64,000 bases of DNA from sequence record MH133207.1. One strand, written 5' to 3'. Source of the DNA: Acinetobacter phage vB_AbaM_B9. The translations under genes were made by a program, and so were the position numbers. How positions within the stretch are numbered: position 1 is the stretch's first letter; each line of letters begins with the position of its first letter. The notes under the pieces are model-generated. The model was given only the letters and a program-made list of their open reading frames with translations, made no database searches and had not been told where the DNA came from. Below are positions 57,152 to 64,000 of the stretch, one piece after another.

Positions 57152-58450
57152 TTAAATGTTTTCTTCTTGTAGCCAATCTAAGAACAAGTCCTTCATTCTT
57201 TTAGACAAGATAGCAAGATTGATCGGTTTTCCATCTCGTATTGCAGACCTCCAAATAAATTGAAGCATTTCAGATAAAGCAAACACATCAGCATTTATTG
57301 GATATCCGTAGTCTTGTAAATAGCTAGCAACACTTTGATTCGGGTATCGGTCATAAGCATGAATAACACAAGTTTTATGTCTATAAGCATTCGTTGCTCT
57401 TGTGTTTGATGCCAACCAACAAACATTCTCAGGACACTTTTGTATCTTTAACTCTGTATCTACTAAACCGCTAGGTTTAATCTTAGCTGCTTTCGACTTA
57501 ACATCCAGATTACTTCTATTCTTTGGGAATGTATAAAGTAAATCATAACTAGAAGCTCTCCATGAGCGAGCAATAGAGAGGATATACCCTTCAATGTGTT
57601 TAATGTCTTGTGCAGACATCTTCGAATAAGCAGACACAGATAATTTTAAATCTTTCTTCCACTTCTGATTAGTTGGTGAATAAAGGTTAATTAATTTAGC
57701 TATCTCTTTCTTACTTGGTATAATTGGTGTAATCTCATCGAATACTTTATATGGAATACCCTTCAGCTTTAGAAAACTACTTAAAATATTACCTTCAAAC
57801 ATGTATGTTAAGATAATAGCTCTCTTCGATGATGTGATCAACTTAACGGGAAGCTGTGTAACAAACATATCATCTTTACGCTTACTAACATACAACATCT
57901 TGTTCTGAACATGTCTCTTAAACTTGCTATATTTATGTCTAAAATCATCAAATGCTTTATCTAAGTTGCTATCGATATCTTTACCACACCAAATTAACAT
58001 TCCATCATTTTCTTGTACACTAATCACACCAAGCTCAATTAGAGAAGTTACATCTGGTGCTGAATACGCATGATAATCGTCAATCATTGCAATCTCTTCA
58101 TCTACAACTAAAACATAATTGTGTTTCTCCATTTCACTAAAATGCTCATCTGTCATGTTTAAATATAGATTGTGTGTACATGTGATGTTAGCACCAATCC
58201 TCAATAATTCTAATAAGTGACTACCTTTTGTGTCATGGCGGTTATCTTCATCATCTCTTTTGGTTTCTGGAGCTACAAATCTAGTTAATGGACAAGCTTG
58301 TTGAATACGCCCACCGTCTTTAACTTCTTCTAGGAGTGGTGATATGTAAAAGAATTTATACATGTGATTATTCTCTTCCATCCATTTACAAATCTTAGAA
58401 GTTTTATGTGACCCCATCATGGCATCTACAATCTCTACAACATTACTCAT
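57152..58450 (-). CDS. P-loop NTPase-like protein with deviant Walker A (first gene of the - strand block)
   Basis: MMGSHKTSK (deviant Walker A), VLVVDEEIAMIDD (Walker B-like), C-terminal WRSAIRDGK. Confidence 0.35.
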   Translation of the reverse strand: MSNVVEIVDAMMGSHKTSKICKWMEENNHMYKFFYISPLLEEVKDGGRIQQACPLTRFVAPETKRDDEDNRHDTKGSHLLELLRIGANITCTHNLYLNMTDEHFSEMEKHNYVLVVDEEIAMIDDYHAYSAPDVTSLIELGVISVQENDGMLIWCGKDIDSNLDKAFDDFRHKYSKFKRHVQNKMLYVSKRKDDMFVTQLPVKLITSSKRAIILTYMFEGNILSSFLKLKGIPYKVFDEITPIIPSKKEIAKLINLYSPTNQKWKKDLKLSVSAYSKMSAQDIKHIEGYILSIARSWRASSYDLLYTFPKNRSNLDVKSKAAKIKPSGLVDTELKIQKCPENVCWLASNTRATNAYRHKTCVIHAYDRYPNQSVASYLQDYGYPINADVFALSEMLQFIWRSAIRDGKPINLAILSKRMKDLFLDWLQEENI

Positions 58451-58769
58451 TATGTATTATTTACCTCATATTATTAAAATGACAAACAATATAACACAAC
58501 TTAATTTTAAAAACAATTAACATAATTCTAATTGATTAATTAATACACAAATTGTAACATTGGCGCAATGTTCCTAAGGGGATAATCAATTTCCATTATA
58601 TTTTGTGGTCTTAGTTTTTGGGAAGGTTTACTATAAGGAAAAGGAGTTTAATCTATTGATTAATAAGGAATAAAAAAGGAGTTTGTAAGGCACCACCTTA
58701 CTGGGAATGGTAAAAGTACTAATTGTACACTTTATGTAACTTTAATATTAACACTAATAAAGGCTTAGA

Positions 58770-59400
58770 ATGGTTGTAGTATATGGTAGTAGTGGTAAAG
58801 AATTTTAAATCAAGTAGTTATATTAAATTAGTGTTATCCTAGTGTTAATAGTGAACACATGTACACTACTGAACGTAGTGAAGTACACTTAAACGATAAT
58901 AGTAAATCACCAATAGTGTATTAGTAATACCACCAGTAGTGTATCAGTGGTGTACATCAGTATTGTTCTATTAGTGTATTTATAAGGATTGTAGGTTTCT
59001 AGTGGTATTTCAGTGTTATTCTAAAAACACTTATAAATTATCTTTAAGGTAGTTGTAAGTTACCTTTAGTGTTATTGTAGTGTTAATCACCTTAGACAAA
59101 TAAATACAACCACTTTAGTGTAAAATAATTTAATAAAACACAAAATAATTAAAATTAATTTAAATTAGTTACAATTACACAGAAATAAACTTAATTATTG
59201 ACATGTTACAATAAGATTTATCTTGACTTTATCCTACTTTAGTGTTATAACTAGTGTCAGCACTAGTGCTATTATTAGTGTTCTTATAAGAAAGAGGGAT
59301 TAGAATGATCGATTGATCTAATCCCTTATATTATAAATAACTTAATAGTGTGTATTAGTGTTATGACACTAGTGACTTGCACATACAGTAGTAGACTACA
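58770..59400. repeat. iteron array: about 17 or more copies of TAGTGT(T/A)(A/T) and variants (TAGTGG, TAGTGA) in both orientations
   Basis: Copies read directly at 58829, 58841, 58849, 58875, 58913, 58935, 58970, 59001, 59012, 59066, 59076, 59114, 59238, 59250, 59262, 59275, 59345, 59357 and 59368. No ORF of 60 aa or more on either strand between 58451 and 59690. Confidence 0.7.
59296..59325. repeat. perfect 9-bp inverted repeat GGGATTAGA / TCTAATCCC with a 12-nt loop containing two GATC sites and a central ATCGAT
   Basis: Read directly. Confidence 0.8.
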
Positions 59401-59690
59401 GCTAGCACAAACTATGTTGTTCTTCTTTGTTGTGTTATATTATCTTAAACAGGTTATTTTCTTTTGTTGCTTTCTTAACAGAAAGAGAATAGAATGAGAT
59501 GTTGTTTTGTTGTTGTGTTACAACGAACGAAGTGGTATAATGTTTGGTGTTGATGTGTTGTTGTTTGCTCCTAAGACTGTCGTCTTAGCTTGATACGAGC
59601 ATTAGGATATTCTTAACTTTGAAAACAAAATGCCGTTGCTTTTGATGGCACCCCCTCCCTTCTGTTAATTTAGTAATTGTAGAGTGTTTT

Positions 59691-59900
59691 ATGTTTTATT
59701 TAAATTTGTTTTTAACTATTGGATTAATATCTTGTTGTGTTTCTTTAGTGTGTATTGTTATTAATGTATTGTGTTGCTACAACACACCTAAGATTATTGA
59801 GAAGATTGGTAGTGTTGTTATACCTATCAGTTTATTCTTCTTGATTATGATCATTTGTTTTATAGTTGTTGTGTCATTAATCTCAATATGGACTAACTAG
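59691..59900 (+). CDS. possible small hydrophobic protein (low confidence)
   Basis: 69-aa ORF with Cys/Ile/Val-rich low-complexity sequence. No clear RBS. Confidence 0.2.
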   Translation: MFYLNLFLTIGLISCCVSLVCIVINVLCCYNTPKIIEKIGSVVIPISLFFLIMIICFIVVVSLISIWTN

Positions 59901-59929
59901 ATGACCAAATCTTGTAAAAATTCTTGATC

Positions 59930-59952
59930 TACCCTCACGCACGAGGGTTTTG
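59930..59952 (+). terminator. weak rho-independent terminator
   Basis: ACCCTC-ACGCACG-GAGGGT followed by TTT. Confidence 0.35.
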
Positions 59953-60363
59953 CAGAAAAATTGGGGGAATTGCAAAATTATTTGAAATGCGTAAATTTCG
60001 GATTTGGTGGTGGAAAAACGATCAACCATAGTTTATCTTTTTGTAGAATGAAAGGTAAAGAAATGTAATTTTTCTTGATTTACAATCATTTCTATGTTAT
60101 CCGCGCACACGTTTCTTTATCTACTGATAAAAGCTCCAGGTGTTGCAGGTGCTCCAGATGTTTTCACTGAACCGAGCACCAAGTAATAAATAACGGTTGC
60201 TTTATTGTGATTAATGATAAAAGACGGTGCTTAATTCACCTAAATAAATGATTTTCTATAACTACTAATAAAAGATTTAATAAAGTAAACAATTAAATTA
60301 GCTTTATTTTCATGTATTTATAAGTATTTTTAGTGTTATTTTAAAATTATTTGGAAAAAGTGC

Positions 60364-60391
60364 TTGCAATAAATCTAAAATTTGTTATTAT
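60364..60391 (+). promoter_or_regulatory. sigma70-like promoter TTGCAA-16-TATTAT within the conserved AAAGTGCTTGCAAT motif, with ~200-nt leader
   Basis: Read directly. Same motif class as the promoter at 62585. Confidence 0.45.
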
Positions 60392-60596
60392 GAACTCATA
60401 CCAAGCAGACAAGCTAAGTATAAGGGATAGAGATAAGCTCTTCGGAGTTGCTACCAAAGTTGCTGATAAATGCTTCAGTTGCCAAAAACGTAAAACTTTG
60501 CTCTACAGGCTCACAGTGTAAGACCTGGTTATCCAATTCCTAGCGTACTCAAGATTGATTGTAGGTTACTTACAAGCTAAACAATTTAAAGGAAAT

Positions 60597-60806
60597 ATGA
60601 CCATGAAAAACATTATCTTTAAAACTCTACAAGTTTTATTAATCCTAGCGTTCGTGATAATCGGTTTTGTGTTTGTTGGTGCTTTTGTAGAATACAAAAC
60701 ATTGAACGGTGCTAATGTTTACGCTGGTTTGGTATTTGCAACTGTTTTATGTACTGCTATATCGGCAATCGGTTTTGTAGTAATTAAAGAAACTGTTTTA
60801 AACTAA
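60597..60806 (+). CDS. small membrane protein (2 TM)
   Basis: ATG at 60597 after AAGGAAAT. Two hydrophobic helices. Confidence 0.4.
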   Translation: MTMKNIIFKTLQVLLILAFVIIGFVFVGAFVEYKTLNGANVYAGLVFATVLCTAISAIGFVVIKETVLN

Positions 60807-60833
60807 ATTTAATCTAACATAGGAAATACGACA

Positions 60834-61190
60834 ATGAACAACATGATCAATGTACCAGTTGAATTTGTAATTGATGCCCTACAAGCTCGATATGATGATG
60901 TGAAGGATAAATGGAGCAATGATGCAAGTGAAGCTCTATGGGAACAAGCTCTACAACTCGTTGAAGAATGCGGATTAGGCAGTGACATTACAAGCTCTAG
61001 CGCTTATGTAGACAATTACCTTATTAACGGTGAATTTGTTAGTAAAGAAAGTGACTTTGATGAGTGGACAAAAGATTATAAAGAATCTTATGATTTTTCT
61101 GATAGTGTAGAGGTCGAGGCTGCTTGGAATGAATATTGTCAAGACAATGCTTTAATCTATAATGATGAGTATGCTTGTTTATCATTCTAA
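60834..61190 (+). CDS. hypothetical highly acidic protein (DNA-mimic candidate)
   Basis: 118 aa, rich in Asp/Glu/Trp/Tyr. Confidence 0.4.
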   Translation: MNNMINVPVEFVIDALQARYDDVKDKWSNDASEALWEQALQLVEECGLGSDITSSSAYVDNYLINGEFVSKESDFDEWTKDYKESYDFSDSVEVEAAWNEYCQDNALIYNDEYACLSF

Positions 61191-61243
61191 CACTTAAACA
61201 AACGTGCATTGTGTTTAATAAACAACATGGTGCACAATATTAA

Positions 61244-61447
61244 ATGATTTTTTATTTGAGGTATTTACAAATGTATAAAGTAGGCGATGAAGTTATTTAT
61301 AAAGGTGTACCAAAAGATTTTAGACGATTAGATCACAAGGCTATTATTTTGCGAAAAACCTTTGAACCAAACTACTTCGTAATAAAACTATTGAGTGGTG
61401 CAGAACTATTGGTTTCTTCTGATTTTCTGTCTTTAGATTTAAACTGA
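61244..61447 (+). CDS. hypothetical protein (KOW-like KVGDEVIYKG N-terminus)
   Basis: 67-aa ORF. Confidence 0.35.
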   Translation: MIFYLRYLQMYKVGDEVIYKGVPKDFRRLDHKAIILRKTFEPNYFVIKLLSGAELLVSSDFLSLDLN

Positions 61448-61623
61448 TTTAAATTAATTTTTCGGAGTAACATAACATGAAACATTATCAGATTATTCAT
61501 AACGGATTAGTTTATTGTGTAGATGTTTATGCATCATCTAAAAGAGAAGCTATTGCACAATATAGGCAGCAATGGAATCTTGAAGGAAAACGTATTAACT
61601 TACAATGTTGGGAGGCTTAAATA

Positions 61624-61821
61624 ATGACATATTCACTAAAAAACATGAACAAATGTGATGTGACTGCAATTGAAGTTATTTATAAAGGCGGTAAACGGCG
61701 TATATTCAATCTTAAAAATAAAGTTTATCGCTATGATGCTTTAGACTTACAAACAAAGTTAGAGAACTATGACAATGTATTTCGTGTAAATTGTCATACA
61801 ACGTTAAACAAGTGTTTTTAA
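61624..61821 (+). CDS. hypothetical protein
   Basis: 65-aa ORF. Confidence 0.35.
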   Translation: MTYSLKNMNKCDVTAIEVIYKGGKRRIFNLKNKVYRYDALDLQTKLENYDNVFRVNCHTTLNKCF

Positions 61822-61836
61822 GGAGGATTTAAACCA

Positions 61837-62043
61837 ATGTTAATCATTAACCGCTACAAATGCCCTATATCAGGGAAAACCTCAATATGTGCCCATAAGG
61901 TCAATAATATGAAAGTGATTAAGAGTTATAAACCATGTGATGAGTCATTCATTGAAATGTTAGCTCAAGGGCATAAACAATTTCTATTGTGTGACGTTCC
62001 TAGTTATAGTATGTTAAGTAAAATTAATATTGTGAGAAATTAA
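61837..62043 (+). CDS. hypothetical protein
   Basis: 68-aa ORF after AAGGAGGA. Confidence 0.4.
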   Translation: MLIINRYKCPISGKTSICAHKVNNMKVIKSYKPCDESFIEMLAQGHKQFLLCDVPSYSMLSKINIVRN

Positions 62044-62045
62044 CT

Positions 62046-62270
62046 ATGTTATATCAAATACAAGTTAAAGCTGATAATCAGCGTGTTTACAGAAAACTGT
62101 CAATTAAAATGCGTTCAATTGAAGCATTGAAGAAAGATTTAGAAGCTTATGTGATTATGTATGGTGAAGGTAATCAGATTAATCATCACACTGTTTCAGC
62201 TCAAATTATAGATCAAAACGGTAATGTTGTATTTGAAAGATTATCCAACGCTACAATCAATAGAGTTTAA
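62046..62270 (+). CDS. hypothetical protein
   Basis: 74-aa ORF. Confidence 0.35.
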   Translation: MLYQIQVKADNQRVYRKLSIKMRSIEALKKDLEAYVIMYGEGNQINHHTVSAQIIDQNGNVVFERLSNATINRV

Positions 62271-62279
62271 TCGGAGTAT

Positions 62280-62498
62280 ATGAAAATGATTATGAACGAT
62301 AGTTTGACAGCTTTAAAAGGTTGCTGCGATAAAAACGGTGGAGAATTATCCGAAGTTCTAGTATTAGTTAATGGTCGTCACTTTGTTGTAGGACTAGACT
62401 CATTCACTGATTGTATGAATGAAACAACATATTATGTCGATAGTAGATACAATATCAGAATGCAAGATATAGAAAAATGGTTTTTATTGAGAGCATAA
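62280..62498 (+). CDS. hypothetical protein
   Basis: 72-aa ORF after GGAG. Confidence 0.4.
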   Translation: MKMIMNDSLTALKGCCDKNGGELSEVLVLVNGRHFVVGLDSFTDCMNETTYYVDSRYNIRMQDIEKWFLLRA

Positions 62499-62511
62499 TG
62501 ACTCACCTTGC

Positions 62512-62536
62512 AGCGCCATTGAAGGCGCTTTTTTAT
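62512..62536 (+). terminator. rho-independent terminator
   Basis: AGCGCC-ATTGAA-GGCGCT followed by TTTTTT. Confidence 0.75.
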
Positions 62537-62584
62537 TGTCTGAACAAAATAATTAATTATTTTAAAATTATTTAAAGAAAGTAC

Positions 62585-62613
62585 TTGCATTGAGTAAGTG
62601 AAATTGTTATATT
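62585..62613 (+). promoter_or_regulatory. sigma70-like promoter TTGCAT-17-TATATT within the conserved AAAGTACTTGCATT motif, with ~125-nt leader
   Basis: Read directly. Shares an extended upstream motif (TTTAAAATTATTT..AAA.AGT.CTTGCA) with the promoter at 60364. Confidence 0.5.
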
Positions 62614-62736
62614 TGTTTCATCGGATGAATGATCATTGGCTAGCAAGCTCGATTGAGACAGTGCATAGATTGATCGCCACACCTTTTTAGGATTAAGCGG
62701 CATCTGATAAGTTAAAATTAATCGGAGTAATACACT

Positions 62737-63045
62737 ATGAAAAACTTATTTATCGCTTTAATCGTTACATTGCTTGCAATCTTAAATGTAGCTTGTGTAG
62801 ATTCAAAAAATGAACAAGCTGAAGTAGTAGTAGTGGATACGGTTAAAATGTTTAATGATGCGATTGCTAATAAAGATTCTAAATCTGCTTTAGTTGCAAT
62901 CGAGTTAGATGTAAAAAATGACGGTGAAGCTATCCACAAATGTAAAAAAGATACTATCGCTAAAATGTCGAAATTCATTGATAGTGACGACTATGTAGTG
63001 ACATATGAAGCATTGAATGCTCAGTGTGCATTTGCTACGATGTAA
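62737..63045 (+). CDS. putative secreted protein or lipoprotein (signal peptide ending ...ILNVAC)
   Basis: N-terminal hydrophobic signal sequence followed by Cys at position 20 in a lipobox-like context. Confidence 0.4.
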   Translation: MKNLFIALIVTLLAILNVACVDSKNEQAEVVVVDTVKMFNDAIANKDSKSALVAIELDVKNDGEAIHKCKKDTIAKMSKFIDSDDYVVTYEALNAQCAFATM

Positions 63046-63089
63046 TTAAAGCAAACAAACAAGCTAAGCAAGCTTAAAGGAAACACAGC

Positions 63090-63275
63090 ATGGTAAATCA
63101 GAAACAGTTAGCTATCGAATTGAACGAAGCTTATGTAGAGTATTACAATGCTTTCTTAACAGTAGAACGTTATGCAGCATATAAAGGATGGTCCTTATTC
63201 TTTGCTAAACAAGTGATTAAATCAGGTCGAAAGATCAATCATAATCAAGAGTTATTAAAAGCTTTATATTCTTAA
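63090..63275 (+). CDS. hypothetical protein
   Basis: 61-aa ORF. Confidence 0.3.
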   Translation: MVNQKQLAIELNEAYVEYYNAFLTVERYAAYKGWSLFFAKQVIKSGRKINHNQELLKALYS

Positions 63276-63541
63276 TCTGTTTATATACATGTGTATTTAG
63301 CTTAAACACTAGATGCACTCAATATATAAACAAACACTTAAAGGATAATCACTATGTACAGTTTGATCATTATGTTCTTTTTAAATAACGGTATGAAATA
63401 TGATACTACAATTGTTAAATCTAATATGTCTAAACAATCTTGTTTAACGTTATCATCACAACTTATGGAAAACCTGCAAGGCTCTAACTACGAGCTTAAA
63501 TGTGTACCGACTGAGGACGAATAAAAGATTAACAATACAAT

Positions 63542-63566
63542 GCCCGCTATATGCGGGCTTTTTTAC
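63542..63566 (+). terminator. rho-independent terminator
   Basis: GCCCGC-TATAT-GCGGGC followed by TTTTTTA. Confidence 0.8.
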
Positions 63567-64000
63567 GTCTATAGAAAACATATCCTAGAATACTAATAAT
63601 ATCCTTCATTATAACGCCGTATAGCAGCTTTATAACAACGTTATAGACTATTAAGCTAGTGTAGTACCTTAACGTATTAAAGTGTCTGTAATGAGCTTAG
63701 AATGTGATTTAAAGCTATGTTTAAAATTTTCTATATAGAATTTAATTAATATTGTTTCTTTAATCTTATATCAAAATTAAATATCAAATCTTTTTAGCTT
63801 AAGGGTATGTGTTAAGAAGTTTGTTTGTGTGTTTGTAAATAAAGATATAAGAAATAATTTAAATCAAGTGTGGTGAATCTTAGAAGCTTTGTAGGTATAT
63901 ACCAGTGATGGTGAAAATAAAAGTGTTAATCTTTAAAGCGATATTATAGGATATTTTATAGGAAAAACCGATCGAAAAGACCTAGCCATCGCTTGGTATT

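Noticed and set aside
57152-58450. Terminase large subunit
   Set aside because: It has deviant Walker A/B motifs and the right size, but it sits in a leftward early or accessory block far from the structural module. No nuclease-domain motifs were recognised.
58770-59400. Could the repeated TAGTGT units be a CRISPR array?
   Set aside because: The repeats are 6-8 nt, irregularly spaced, occur in both orientations and have no uniform spacers or cas genes. This matches iterons, not CRISPR.
63590-64000. Terminal non-coding stretch with TATAACG-type partial palindromes as a cos/pac site
   Set aside because: The palindromes are imperfect and there is no supporting feature such as a terminase nearby or a genome end. 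Left unannotated.

Overview
This window is an AT-rich stretch of a tailed dsDNA phage genome, gene-dense and with strong GGAGG-type ribosome-binding sites. I found no rRNA, CRISPR array, integrase or reverse transcriptase. Layout: (1) 1-14.8 kb on the + strand is a late tail module in the P2/Mu myovirus order: C-terminal fragment of a tail structural protein, tail assembly chaperone pair (possible -1 frameshift), tape-measure protein, hub, spike (HxH apex), gp25/W-like, J-like and I-like baseplate proteins, and a collar-domain fibre. A holin-holin-GH19 lysin cassette follows, then two tail fibre/spike paralogs sharing an N-terminal anchor, closed by a strong terminator. (2) 15-46.6 kb on the + strand holds early and DNA-metabolism genes: many small ORFs, dCMP deaminase, primase-helicase, a compact family B DNA polymerase, a T7 gp2.5-like SSB, FEN, a DEDDy exonuclease and NrdA/NrdB/glutaredoxin. 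It also holds a ThyX homolog interrupted by an intein carrying a LAGLIDADG endonuclease, with unusual domain order. (3) Homing endonuclease-like genes are scattered throughout (HNH, GIY-YIG, T5orf172). One HNH gene sits directly behind a promoter-driven tRNA-like element (anticodon UCU) that lacks a D-arm. (4) 46.9-58.5 kb is a - strand block of small genes with a Dam-type N6-adenine methyltransferase, two paralogous HNH genes, a GIY-YIG gene and a deviant-Walker-A NTPase. (5) 58.5-60.5 kb is an unusual ~2 kb non-coding region. It contains a dense TAGTGT iteron array and a perfect 9-bp inverted repeat with GATC sites, and is a candidate origin or regulatory hub. (6) 60.5-64 kb carries small + strand genes driven by a distinct conserved promoter class. 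All calls rest on motif recognition by eye; no database searches were run.
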